From assembly GCA_963804645.1 (NCBI GenBank), contig CAWDRG010000022.1, positions 111,642 to 175,641 of the forward strand: a stretch of 64,000 nt of DNA, given 5' to 3'. Every line of letters starts with the position of its first letter. Position 1 is the stretch's first letter. The translations under genes and the position numbers were made by a program. This DNA is from an uncultured Bacillota bacterium. GTDB lineage: Bacteria > Sysuimicrobiota > Sysuimicrobiia > Sysuimicrobiales > Segetimicrobiaceae. This document shows, piece by piece, positions 10,067-19,994 of the stretch. The notes beneath the pieces were generated by a model. It saw nothing but the letters and a program-made list of their open reading frames with translations. It was not told where the DNA came from and searched no databases.

Positions 10067-11449
10067 TCACGGCGTCACGATCACCTTCGCTTGCATGAAC
10101 GGGTGGTCGTTGCAGCTGTACGCATAGGTCCCCGGCTTCGTCATGGTGACGGTGAAGCTGCCGCCGGGCACGACTTGATTGGTGTTCCACTGCGCACCCT
10201 GAGCCGTCGCGCTGTGAGGCACGGCATCGTCGTCGATCCACGTGACCGTATGCCCCGCCGCGACGGTCACGGTCGCCGGGCCGAACGCGAAGTTTCGCAT
10301 GCGGATCTGCACATCTCCGGCCATCGGCGCGGGCGCGGGGCGAGGCGCCTCCGCGGCGAACCCGGCCGCTGCCCCGGCGGCGGTGGGCGGCACGTAGTCG
10401 CCCAGCGCACCGTCACCCCGCTGCAGTGAGATCTTGCGGGGCTCGTTGCCGGTGGGGAGCACCGCCACGACCTGCGCCTTGGCCATGTCGACGACCGAGA
10501 CGGTGTCGTCGCCTTCGTTCGTCACGAAAGCGAGCGCACCGTCCGAGGTGACGCTGACCCAGTGGGGAAAGTGACCGACCGCCACGTCCTTCACGACTTG
10601 CTGCGACGCGGCATCGACGATGGCGAGCTGCCCGGTCCCCTGCACCGTGACCAGCGCGTACTTGTGATCTGGGGTAAACGCGATCTGGTGTGGGATCGGG
10701 CCTACGGGAATCTGGGCAATGATGGCGTGGCTCGCCGTGTCGAGGATTTGAACCATTGCACTGTTCGCCGTGGTGAAGTAGAGCAGGCTGCCGTCGGGAC
10801 TGACGGTCAGCCCGCGTGGCGCCTGATCGACCGGCACGCGCGCCGCAACACGTCCCGCTGGAACGTCCAGAACGATGATCGCGTCATCGTTCGGCTGGTC
10901 CTGCTGCCCCACGTACGCCGTGTGTCCGTCCGGCGAATACGCGACGCCGTGCGGCTTGGCGACCCGAAACTGTGCCATGACCCGGAACGTCGAGGTATCG
11001 AGGGCGTCGACTTTGTTCTCGTCGAAGATCGCAACGAGCAGCGTCTTGGTATCGGGGGACAGGGCGATTCCTTCCGGCCCGCGCCCGAGCGTCAGCGTCT
11101 TGATCACCGTGTCGGTCGCGGTGTCGATCACGCTGAGCTGGGCCGCGTCTTCGCTCGTCACATACACGCGCTGCCCGTTGGGCGTCACGAGCACGGCTTC
11201 CGGTCCGGCCGGAACCCTGATCCGCCGGAGCATTTGTCCCGTCGAGGTATCGACCACACCGACTGCGTTCTCGGCATACAGGCCGACGTACGCCTTGGGG
11301 GCCCTCGTCTGAGCCGCCGTCGTCCGCGGCTGGGCCGCGAGACCCCACACGCCCGCCAGGGCCAACACCATTCCGGCCGCGAGCAGCCGCAGACCGTGTG
11401 GACGCGTGCGAAGGACGATGCGCTTGCAACACACCAACCCGTCGGTCAT
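10067..11449 (-). CDS. Secreted YVTN/YncE beta-propeller fused to a C-terminal cupredoxin
   Basis: About 7 repeats of P..(V/I)..(S/T)PDG...YV; C-terminal PHSAT..YSCNDHPFM; RBS GAGGAG before ATG 11449. Confidence 0.85.
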   Translation of the reverse strand: MTDGLVCCKRIVLRTRPHGLRLLAAGMVLALAGVWGLAAQPRTTAAQTRAPKAYVGLYAENAVGVVDTSTGQMLRRIRVPAGPEAVLVTPNGQRVYVTSEDAAQLSVIDTATDTVIKTLTLGRGPEGIALSPDTKTLLVAIFDENKVDALDTSTFRVMAQFRVAKPHGVAYSPDGHTAYVGQQDQPNDDAIIVLDVPAGRVAARVPVDQAPRGLTVSPDGSLLYFTTANSAMVQILDTASHAIIAQIPVGPIPHQIAFTPDHKYALVTVQGTGQLAIVDAASQQVVKDVAVGHFPHWVSVTSDGALAFVTNEGDDTVSVVDMAKAQVVAVLPTGNEPRKISLQRGDGALGDYVPPTAAGAAAGFAAEAPRPAPAPMAGDVQIRMRNFAFGPATVTVAAGHTVTWIDDDAVPHSATAQGAQWNTNQVVPGGSFTVTMTKPGTYAYSCNDHPFMQAKVIVTP

Positions 11450-11655
11450 GAGTAGTTCTCCTCTCGTCAGAGACTGGAGCGGGCGCACGGACGCGGTCCC
11501 GGGCCCACGTTCCATCCACCCTTCCCCGCTGATACACCACGTGTAGCGTTTTGGATTGACCCGACGGCGACGGGCCGTCCCGTCCGTGACCTTGGTCGTG
11601 TGCCGTCCAAGGATCCGTGGACGCCTGCGGCACCCGAAGATCCGGCCCCGGCATG

Positions 11656-11687
11656 GGGCTGCCCGGACCCCGGGGTCCGGGCAGCCC
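11656..11687. repeat. Perfect 32-bp palindrome (possible terminator or RNA stabiliser)
   Basis: GGGCTGCCCGGACCCC/GGGGTCCGGGCAGCCC, just downstream of the 11702 stop. Confidence 0.8.
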
Positions 11688-11701
11688 GTCTCGGGCACCG
11701 G

Positions 11702-11881
11702 CTACTGCGCCTGCGTATTGGACGCAAACGGCGTCGCCTGCTGGTCGACCGTGTACGGCGAGGTCTGGTCGCTCTGGCCCACAGCCGGCTGATCGGTGCC
11801 CATATTGTCCTGAGCGAAGGCCGCGGACGCGCTCACGATGAGCGCGCCGCCCATCAGCATGATCGCGAGAAACTTTCGCAC
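11702..11881 (-). CDS. Small secreted protein
   Basis: AAAGGAGGT RBS, signal peptide VRKFLAIMLMGGALIVSASAAFA. Confidence 0.7.
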   Translation of the reverse strand: MRKFLAIMLMGGALIVSASAAFAQDNMGTDQPAVGQSDQTSPYTVDQQATPFASNTQAQ

Positions 11882-12292
11882 GGGGATCACCTCCTTTCAT
11901 CGCAGATCAGAGGCACGAGGTCTCTGTCTCTTACGTGCTGAGATAAACTGATCCAGCGGAGACGGATTTCGGATAGGGCGAAGCGTGACCGTGTCGTTAC
12001 CGCGCGCGCGATGCCGCACGGCGTCGACGGCTGGCCGTTGCTTGAGGTTCTAGCGATGCGCCCGGTGGCTCAAAGGCCAGGCGATGCTGTTCAAATCTCT
12101 ACGTTACTTCAGTCGCTGCAACCCGTGAGGTGACCGCGTCCGCCGCATCTCAATGCCCCAGGACACGCGCCGACCGTAACAACATGGTGAACAATCCGTG
12201 GTGACGGGATCTCCGCGACGCGGCGCGGCCTACCCATGATGCAGGCCCGACGGTTCGTCCCGTACCGGGCGCACGGGCAGAAGGAGAAATCA

Positions 12293-12490
12293 ATGATGCG
12301 ACAGCTATTCGCGGCAATGCTGCTGGGCGGCGCACTGCTGGGAGTCACCACGGCCCGCGCCGCGGCCGCGGACGGTGAACCGTGGGAACCTCCGCAGGTG
12401 ATCGTGCCGCCGCCCATCGGGCAGATCCAGATCGCACCGCTGGTCCCATTCGATAGCCGCAGCGACACATTGCGAAAATCGAAAGTCTAG
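12293..12490 (+). CDS. Small secreted Pro-rich protein
   Basis: AAGGAG RBS, signal peptide MMRQLFAAMLLGGALLGVTTARA. Confidence 0.6.
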   Translation: MMRQLFAAMLLGGALLGVTTARAAAADGEPWEPPQVIVPPPIGQIQIAPLVPFDSRSDTLRKSKV

Positions 12491-12683
12491 CACGGCTCGG
12501 CATCGCTCGCGGCCTGACTGCACGCATTCTACCCGTGCAGAGCCCCGGCAGGATGGCGGCCGGACGCCGCCATCCCGCGGCGTTTCTTCGGCTCACATCC
12601 CCAGGGACCCAGAAGGCAAGTACGGCCGGACGGGCCTCACCGAACCGAAATGAACGTGCGCGCTACGACCCCGCCCAACATCG

Positions 12684-15068
12684 TTAGGCGAACGTCACCG
12701 TTTGAGCCTGCGTGGCTGTGCGGGCCGCGCCGTTGCGATCCAGGCTGGCAATGAGGGTGATCACGTAAGCGCCAGCCTGGGTCGCGACGATGGTCCGGCT
12801 GCCGCTCAATGGAAGGCCCGAAGCCGCCGGCACGCTGCCCGTTGGCGGGCGAACCTCAAGGCTGACCGCAGTCCCCGGCGGGTTGCCGGCGCAGTTCCAC
12901 GCCACGGTGCAGGAATGAGTCGATGACGACGGCGGGCTCGTGACAGCAAAGGAGGAAATCACCGGCTGAACGATCTCGAGCCCGGTGCGGCGCGTGAAGT
13001 CGCTGCTAAATCCGTCCAATCGGCCGTTGTCGGTCAGCCGCGCGAGGACGGATCGCCATTGCCGCAGCGGGCCGGTCGGGTTGCCCGGCGTGTCACCAAA
13101 CCGAGACTCGAGGTCGGCCTGGGTGCTTTCATTCTGCTGCCCCCAGTGCAGGATACCTTTGATCGTAGGGTCGAGCGCGAGCTTGATCGCATAGTCGACG
13201 AACTGGCTGCTGCCCAGCTCATCCGCGAGACCTGCGCACTCGATCGCACAGGTCCGCGGGAAGGCTTCCTGCGCGATGGTGGCGCGTGACTGCCCGCAGA
13301 AACGCAGCGAAATGTATCCGGCAACCGAGAGGCCGGAGTCGACCTCCTGCTCGGTCTCGAACTGCAGCAGGCGGTTGACGAAGGCGAGCAAGTTGGGATC
13401 CGCGGCATCGAAGAACACTTCCATCGATCGCACATTCACGTCGCAACTAATGTCGGCGTAGTCGTGGCCGTCCATGACCGCGTAGCTGATGGCGGAGAAG
13501 GTTTGCGGCGACTGCTGGAATTGGAAGACCTGGGCGGCGATCGTCCTCCACAAGATGAGTCCGGCGGCCCGCTCCAACCGATTCGAGGATCCCAGAAGCA
13601 TGGCGCGCAAGGTGTTCAGCGCCTGACCGACGGTGGATCCGTCGCGTCTCAAGGAATTGAGGAACGCGGTCAGGAGTCCCCGGATCCCATGCAAGAACGC
13701 CGAGAGCAACCCGAGGCCGAGGCGTTCGGAGATCGCACCCAGAGACCCGCTGGTTGGAACATTCTTGTGGCTCAGGAAGTCGTCAATCTCCGTATAGATG
13801 CCGTTGACGATCCCGTCCATGAAGTTGGCATCGGCGCACGCGGCGTCAAAGACGTTGAACGAGGTAATGCCAGCGTCATTTGGCGAGAAGGCGACACCAT
13901 TGCCGGCGGCCGAAAACCGCGGGGCGTTCAGCAGGGGGTCGTTCGCCATAAGGATGTTGCCGACCCGCTCGGGCCGCCCCGCGGGATTCCCCGGACCGGG
14001 CCAGGTGACGGGGGGCATGGGCGACGACGGCACCGCCGACAGCGGCACCGTCCAATGCCGCGTGATGCCACAGACGTGCGTGGTGCCGTTCGTGCTCGGA
14101 ATCGGATTCACCGCGATCTGCAGAAACCGTTGAGGAATCGATCCTCCAAACGGCTTCACAAACAGCGCGGAATTCGGGTCGGCGATCAGGTGCTGCACGT
14201 TCTCCCACTCGTCGAGCAGGAGTTCCTGACGCAACCCGTACTGCGGCGTGACCTGGAGGACGGCGGAATAGATGATGCCGAAGCGCCCGACCTGGACCAT
14301 GGCCGCGCGCAAGACGTCATCATCATAGATGACGCCGAAGTTGCCTGGGCCACCGTACCTGGCGGCGCCGTAGAACGCGCGCAGTTTCCCCTCATCGGTC
14401 AAGGGCGCCCGATTGATATGGCCCCGTTCGATCCAATAGTGCTGGCCGCCGTCGACGACCAGGTGCAGGGCGACGAGGGCATCCGCGAGCGGAGGGCGAT
14501 CGAAATCGCCGCCGTGGGTTCCGGTGGAGAGCGCGCCTACGACGGTCTGGCCCCCGGCACCACCGAGGGTGGAAAATCCCCACGATCCTTCAAAGGAGCT
14601 GTTGCTGAATCGCGATTTCATGAGGGCGCATAGGCTGTCGCTGTTCGCACCGTCGCCGACGTCCAACTCCGCGTAGAGCTGATAGATCCGTTTTCCCGCC
14701 TCAACGTGGACATAGTACGCAGGTGCTGCCGTGGCCGCGGCGGATGTCGATGACGCCTGCAGCTCATCCAAGAACGTCTCCGACAAACACGCAGGCACGA
14801 CGCAGTACAGGGTCCGTCCCATGGCTGAAATCCGGTTGTTCACATCATGGGTTTCAATGAAGGTATGATCGCTGATGGCGGCCTGGGAAAGAGCCCAGTG
14901 ACTGCCCGCGGCATGGAGACGCTGCCCGGCCGGTCTTGTCGAACAGATGACGATCAGGTCTTCCAGCCCCTGTGGAAACAGGATCTCAGGCGCGTGCGGA
15001 ATGAGCGGTGTCCCTGGCTTGTCGTGCTTGCGCGTCCAGGGCGCGAGCCGTAACTCAGGGATACCCAT
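12684..15068 (-). CDS. Large FAD-binding oxidoreductase (VAO/gulonolactone oxidase-like) with a C-terminal beta-rich domain
   Basis: AAGSHWALS, VHVEAGKRI, QTVVGALSTGTHG, VGRFGIIYS, LHWGQ; GGAGG before ATG 15068. Confidence 0.7.
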   Translation of the reverse strand: MGIPELRLAPWTRKHDKPGTPLIPHAPEILFPQGLEDLIVICSTRPAGQRLHAAGSHWALSQAAISDHTFIETHDVNNRISAMGRTLYCVVPACLSETFLDELQASSTSAAATAAPAYYVHVEAGKRIYQLYAELDVGDGANSDSLCALMKSRFSNSSFEGSWGFSTLGGAGGQTVVGALSTGTHGGDFDRPPLADALVALHLVVDGGQHYWIERGHINRAPLTDEGKLRAFYGAARYGGPGNFGVIYDDDVLRAAMVQVGRFGIIYSAVLQVTPQYGLRQELLLDEWENVQHLIADPNSALFVKPFGGSIPQRFLQIAVNPIPSTNGTTHVCGITRHWTVPLSAVPSSPMPPVTWPGPGNPAGRPERVGNILMANDPLLNAPRFSAAGNGVAFSPNDAGITSFNVFDAACADANFMDGIVNGIYTEIDDFLSHKNVPTSGSLGAISERLGLGLLSAFLHGIRGLLTAFLNSLRRDGSTVGQALNTLRAMLLGSSNRLERAAGLILWRTIAAQVFQFQQSPQTFSAISYAVMDGHDYADISCDVNVRSMEVFFDAADPNLLAFVNRLLQFETEQEVDSGLSVAGYISLRFCGQSRATIAQEAFPRTCAIECAGLADELGSSQFVDYAIKLALDPTIKGILHWGQQNESTQADLESRFGDTPGNPTGPLRQWRSVLARLTDNGRLDGFSSDFTRRTGLEIVQPVISSFAVTSPPSSSTHSCTVAWNCAGNPPGTAVSLEVRPPTGSVPAASGLPLSGSRTIVATQAGAYVITLIASLDRNGAARTATQAQTVTFA

Positions 15069-15399
15069 CGTGGCCTCCAACGGCATGGCACTAAAGGAAC
15101 ACCGTATCGTGCTGAGGGTACACCGATCACGACGGGACCGCCAACCACGCAGGTTCCGTCGCAAGTCCGCCCGATAGGCTCATTCTAGCGTTCGAGGAGG
15201 CTTGTGCGATTTCCGCTGACGGCAAGACTTCGGCAAGGCCATTGAGTAGGAACCGGAGTATGGTGGATGGAACTACTCCGCGTTCTCTGGCTCAGCACAA
15301 CCGCAGAGATGGAGCGCCCGACCGACTGCGCCAGATAGGAGCGGGTCCTCGCCTACCATCTCGCGCTGGCCCGGGGCCGCGACCCGGACCGCACCCGCT

Positions 15400-16055
15400 T
15401 TCCGGAGCGGTTGGTCGCCGAAAATCCAGAGTACGTCCGTCTCATCGAAGTCGCACACTGGCATCAGCTCGACCGCGGTCACGCCCAGTTGCCGCAGATA
15501 CGGGATCTTGTCGGTGATGGCGGAGAACGTCCCGGGGTGCGCAACCCCGGATGACGGGGACTTGGAAAACCCGCGCATGTGCAGTTCGTAGATGATCGTG
15601 TCCTCCATCGGGCGACCGAGGGGCAGATCACCTTCCCAGTCGTACCCGGCCGGAGCGATCACGGCAGACCGCATCGATGTGGCGAGGTTATCGCCTGCGA
15701 CGCACGCACTGGCACGCTGCCACAGGCTGTTCGTATTGCCTTCGGCATAGGGGTCGATGAACACCTTCTCCCGGTCGAAGCGCTGCGCGTCTTTCGGTTT
15801 CTGGGGGCCGTCAACACGGTAGGCGTAGTGGGTCTCCGGAGGCAGACCGCGGATAAAGACATGCCAGAAATGAAACGTCTTGTTGACCTGCGGATCGAAG
15901 GCAACCGTCTGAAACGGCCCGGCATCGTCGTGCCGCTCAAACAACAAGAGTTTGACGCCCGTGGCATTCTCCGAAAATAGAGAGAAATTGACGCCCTCCC
16001 TGTCCGGCGTCGCGCCCTGAGGAAGCGCCGTTCCGGGCTCGACATCATAGATCGC
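15400..16055 (-). pseudogene. glgX: Truncated glycogen debranching enzyme (isoamylase) N-terminal part
   Basis: GVNFSLFSENA, YAYRVDGP, IDPYA, IIYELHMRGFS, LGVTAVELMPV; the similarity breaks off before the catalytic core. Confidence 0.8.
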
Positions 16056-16197
16056 ACGCGTTGACGCAGGCCCCGTGCTACTCCTACGCGGATCCGGGCG
16101 TCCGCACTCCTCCACGTCTCTTATTGCAACGGTCGGCGTGCGGTTCAACGTGGGCGCGCGCACCATCGGCAAGCCGACACGGCCTAAATTCTGTCGA

Positions 16198-16226
16198 TGG
16201 CGGAGGTGGCGCGAATCTAACCTGGG
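16198..16226 (-). repeat. Degenerate copy of tmRNA 3' end
   Basis: TGGCGGAGGTGGCGCGAATCTAACCTGGG matches 39623-39651 at 23/29. Confidence 0.65.
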
Positions 16227-16324
16227 GTCGGCGGCCCCTTCTTCCCGAGCTGCCGGTTTCGAGGACCGTCTGTCCCTACGATGGTACGCCGATTCGTCGC
16301 CCGCCCGTCGCAGCCGAGGCCTGT

Positions 16325-16720
16325 TCAGGGAAGAGCCCGTTTGACATCCGTATGGACAAAATCCTTGCCCTTGAACAATAGTGGCTCCCCCGTGGCCTTT
16401 GCCAGTGCATAAGCGAAGCAGTCGCCAAAGTTCAATTTCGCCGGGTGCCCGCTGCCTCGGCCAAAATCACGATAGGCGTCACGCGCGATCCGAGCCTGGG
16501 CCTCCGTAATCGGGGTAACGATAATCTGTGCCTCCTGCAACAACTCGTCGAAGCCCCGGCTGGCTACCGGATCCCGACCACCGTCGACGACCACCGCGGC
16601 CTCCACGAAACTTACCGCCGACAGGCGTCGGCTTTCCACCACTTGAATCGCTTCCGCATATAGAGCGGCATCGGGTTCGTCCCGAAGGATCGCCAGCAGC
16701 GCCGAGGTGTCAATGATCAT
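16325..16720 (-). CDS. vapC: VapC PIN-domain toxin
   Basis: [39 protein letters not shown]. Confidence 0.92.
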   Translation of the reverse strand: MIIDTSALLAILRDEPDAALYAEAIQVVESRRLSAVSFVEAAVVVDGGRDPVASRGFDELLQEAQIIVTPITEAQARIARDAYRDFGRGSGHPAKLNFGDCFAYALAKATGEPLLFKGKDFVHTDVKRALP

Positions 16721-16971
16721 CGCGGGAGGCCGTGCTCGTCATAAAGCAGTTCCGCGTGATCGGCAGATCGATAGGGTTCCTTGAGGTGTTTGGCCGTCCG
16801 TTTGCCAATCGCCAGCAATCGGTCAGTAAGACTGTCTTGTTTCGCGCGTCGAACATGCTCCAGCCGCTCACGTATTGCCTCAGTCACAGCCGCGGTCATG
16901 CTCTCACCGGTAAGGGCGGCGAGTCTCTTGGCCAACCGGTGTGCCTCTTCGTTTTTGATGTTGAGGCCCAT
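16717..16971 (-). CDS. vapB: VapB antitoxin (RHH type)
   Basis: [31 protein letters not shown] overlap with vapC. Confidence 0.9.
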   Translation of the reverse strand: MGLNIKNEEAHRLAKRLAALTGESMTAAVTEAIRERLEHVRRAKQDSLTDRLLAIGKRTAKHLKEPYRSADHAELLYDEHGLPR

Positions 16972-17030
16972 ATTCTACCTCTTCTACCTTTCGTTTCTAC
17001 CATTCTATCCAAGGACAACATGCAGGTCAA
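16972..17030 (-). promoter_or_regulatory. Sigma-70 promoter and repeated operator of vapBC
   Basis: TTGACC-N17-TAGAAT (17030-17002) followed by three GGTAGAA direct repeats before the ATG. Confidence 0.7.
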
Positions 17031-17170
17031 GCCGAAAGGTCGCGAGGATGCCCGGAGAGTGCCTGCCGGGCATAATGGCCATCCTTCTCCCGGGACCACG
17101 GCCGTCAATGGCCGCGCGGCGGGCCGTGGGCTTTACCCACACGATTGCCGGAAGACCCACCTAATTAATT

Positions 17171-18630
17171 GCCTCTACCGGCTTTCGAGTGGGTACAGGT
17201 CCAGCCCTCCGCAGTGAAAGTAGATGGCCGTCTTGAAATTGTCGACGTTCCGGAAGCCGCGTGCGGTCTTCTTGACCCACTGGATCGTGGCGTTGACGGC
17301 CTCGAGCCCGGCATTCGTGATGCGGTGGCGATGGTAGGTCAGCACGTTCGGTAGGTGCCTGCGGATCAGCCACGCGACCTGCGCCATAGGCTTGAGCCGG
17401 CTGTGCGTGGCGCGCCAGAACCAGCGCGCGAAGAACGTCTCCGCGGACCGGCGGTAACTGTACTCCCAGAAATGTCGGAAGCGCTCCTTGAGTGCCCAGG
17501 CGCGTCCCACTTTCAGGTCATCGCCGAGCAAGAGCCGGAAGGTGCGCCGCTGTTCGGGCTTGAGCTCGCTCGGCCGGCGTAGCCAAAGGTATTTCGTCCC
17601 CGTCAACCGACGATCGGAGGAGCGGGACAACTCCCGGGGTTCGGTCCGCCGCACCTTGTCCACGGCCGTGTGGAGATGCTTCACGACATGGAACTTATCA
17701 AACACAATCTTGTCCACCCCGTCGGGCACGTGACTGGTGACCGAGTGTATGTAGGGCTCCCACATGTCCATCGCGACGGCGGCGATGCTCTCGCGCTGGG
17801 CCGGCGTGCAGGTGGGCCAGAAGGCGTCGAGGCTTTCCGCTTTGCGATCCTCGTTGACGAACAGCACCCGGTGGCGTTGCAGGTCCGCCACCACGGTCAA
17901 GTACCGGTGGCCTTTGGTGATTGCCTTCTCGTCCACGCCGACGTACGGGATCGGTTCCGCTGTCCGGCGCGCCAGCCCGCGCTTCACCGCCCGGCTCTTA
18001 ATCCCCCACGCTTCATCCCAGGTGATCCGGAGTAGGGCCGCCGCGCCGGTGACCGAGCATTCCCGCAGAAAGTCGATCGCCAACCGCTCAAACAACTGCG
18101 TGAACTGGCTGCCCGGCTCGGCCCACGGGATGGTGATCTGCTTGATCCCGTGCTGAGCGCACTGCACCCGCGGGACATCGGCTTCAATCCACGTGCGCAG
18201 CTGGAGCGTGTCCAGATGCCGCCACCGCCGCGGACGGCGATCATAGCCCGGCGACGGCGTCTGACATTCCGGACACGGAAACGGGCCCGGGCCCGCCTCG
18301 ACTTTCACCGTCACTTGCTCGCCGGGGATATCCACCTCCACCCCGACCACCTTCCACGGTGGCGTGAGCCCCAGGATCGTAGCGTATAACTCGACATCGC
18401 GCACCAGACCAGCCTCCTCACGAAGCGTTCCCGCCCCGCGGGTCAGATTGCGCCTGCCGACCATAGTGGCAGGGGTGCACCCGCCCCCGACGGCGGTCAA
18501 GAAGCGCGCAGCGCGCCGAAGGCCATGTTCTTGACGGCCGGCGGGGGTAGGTGTCTGGCTTTGAGCTGGTCGGCAGGCGTTGGTTTCTACTGGTCTACGC
18601 TATTTCACCCACACAACTTCCCGAAGAGCC
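17171..18630 (-). mobile_element. ISL3-family insertion sequence
   Basis: Imperfect 24-bp terminal IRs; 8-bp target duplication AATTAATT (17163-17170, 18631-18638). Confidence 0.92.
17175..18404 (-). CDS. ISL3 transposase
   Basis: Zn finger CPEC, RRWRHLD, GVDE, AMDMWEPY, FDKFHV, ITNA.LEA.N, ARGFRN. Confidence 0.93.
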   Translation of the reverse strand: MRDVELYATILGLTPPWKVVGVEVDIPGEQVTVKVEAGPGPFPCPECQTPSPGYDRRPRRWRHLDTLQLRTWIEADVPRVQCAQHGIKQITIPWAEPGSQFTQLFERLAIDFLRECSVTGAAALLRITWDEAWGIKSRAVKRGLARRTAEPIPYVGVDEKAITKGHRYLTVVADLQRHRVLFVNEDRKAESLDAFWPTCTPAQRESIAAVAMDMWEPYIHSVTSHVPDGVDKIVFDKFHVVKHLHTAVDKVRRTEPRELSRSSDRRLTGTKYLWLRRPSELKPEQRRTFRLLLGDDLKVGRAWALKERFRHFWEYSYRRSAETFFARWFWRATHSRLKPMAQVAWLIRRHLPNVLTYHRHRITNAGLEAVNATIQWVKKTARGFRNVDNFKTAIYFHCGGLDLYPLESR

Positions 18631-18671
18631 AATTAATTAGGTCGTGTTTCTGTTGTTTGATGGGTCCCAAT

Positions 18672-19406
18672 CTACGTCTTGGGCACCACGAGCGGTGTAA
18701 CGAACGCTTCCCGGACCCAGACGTTCGGCCCGGTGGCCAGAACGGACCGGACCACCTGGGCGACATCATCGGGACGGAGCGCCCAGTCACGGCGCGCCAT
18801 GTTGTCCGAGAACTCCGTCCGGACCGACCCGGGTTCAACTACGCTTACCTTCACGCCGCTCTGTCGGACCTCCAGACCCACCGCCTCAGTGAACCCAATC
18901 ACGCCAAACTTCGAGGCTGAGTAGGCGGCGCTTTCCGCCATTCCCAGGCGGCCCGCTCCCGAGGCGATGTTGATAATGTGCCCGTGACGCTGCGCGATCA
19001 TCACCGGCAACGCGGCCCTGGTAAAAAGAAACACCCCGGTCAGGTTGACGTTCATCAGACGCCGCCACGCATCGACCGGCATGGTATGGGTCGGTCCATG
19101 CCATCCGATCCCCGCGTTGTTAACCACGGCATCTAGCCGGCCTCCCCACTCTTGCGCGTGGGCGACCGCCGCCGCAGCGGTCGCCTCATCGGCCACGTCG
19201 CCGGCAACCCCCGCCGCCCGGTTCTCGCCGATTTCCTGGGCGACCCGGGCGAGATCGGTCTCCGTCCGCGAGACCAGGATGATCCGGGCTCCCGCAGACG
19301 CGAGTTCTATGCTCACCGCGCGCCCGATGCCTCGTCCCGCGCCGGTCACGATGATAACCTGATCAAGAAGCTCCTGACCCATCTCCGCACCTCCCGCCGC
19401 GCTCAT
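18672..19406 (-). CDS. SDR family oxidoreductase
   Basis: TGAGRGIG, NNAG, YSASK. Confidence 0.92.
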   Translation of the reverse strand: MSAAGGAEMGQELLDQVIIVTGAGRGIGRAVSIELASAGARIILVSRTETDLARVAQEIGENRAAGVAGDVADEATAAAAVAHAQEWGGRLDAVVNNAGIGWHGPTHTMPVDAWRRLMNVNLTGVFLFTRAALPVMIAQRHGHIINIASGAGRLGMAESAAYSASKFGVIGFTEAVGLEVRQSGVKVSVVEPGSVRTEFSDNMARRDWALRPDDVAQVVRSVLATGPNVWVREAFVTPLVVPKT

Positions 19407-19554
19407 GCGATATATGGTTCAACCTGCTGTGTCGAGGATCGTACCAGCATGCGCTGTAGCAACAACTCCCAGCAACAACCGGGCCACCAAGCATATTGCA
19501 ACGCGTCTCATCATCGTTGATCACGTCTGGAATACGGCCTAGGAACTAAGTTTC

Positions 19555-19803
19555 GGCTCTACCGGGTTTCCCGTGGGTAAAAGTCGGCCGCTTCCTAATG
19601 GATGGAGGATCGCTCTCAGAAGCATTCGGCCTGCCGGTCATATTAGCCCTTTCCCGAGACCAAGGCCGTCAACGGCTGCGCAGCGGGCCACAGGCTTTGC
19701 CGTTAAACGCCGCGGAAGCGGAAGAGTTGCTTTGCAAATGACCGGCAGGCGTCTTGTTTTCGTACCCATGTTCGCCTTTGCCCACACGATTGCCGGACGA
19801 TCC
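19555..19803. mobile_element. Non-autonomous ISL3-type miniature element or remnant
   Basis: GGCTCTACCGGGTTTCCCGTGGGT at left and GCCCACACGATTGCCGGACGATCC at right resemble the ISL3 IRs in inverted orientation; no ORF and no clear TSD. Confidence 0.55.
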
Positions 19804-19963
19804 GAAAAGGAAAGGGAGTCGCGGGTGGCAAGAGGTGCGCTGCCATGCGTAGTGTTTCTCAAAGCTTCGAGGCGAACCGGAAAGCATGTGTGATGTGATG
19901 ATGCCCCACGGTGCCAAAAATCGTGCAAACGAGTGAACAACCTTGCAGATAAAACCTGAGGCG

Positions 19964-19994
19964 TGGTGGACCCGATCTCAAAGAATTCGAACCG
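19964..19994. mobile_element. Putative serine-integrase attachment junction (core plus P' arm)
   Basis: TGGTGGA core followed by CCCGATCT-CAAAGAATTCGAACCG; the last 16 nt are the exact reverse complement of 23896-23911. Confidence 0.7.

Noticed and set aside
15261..15290. TGGTGGA core near the glgX truncation as another att junction
   Set aside because: Only 7 nt match and no TCGAACC arm follows; could be chance.
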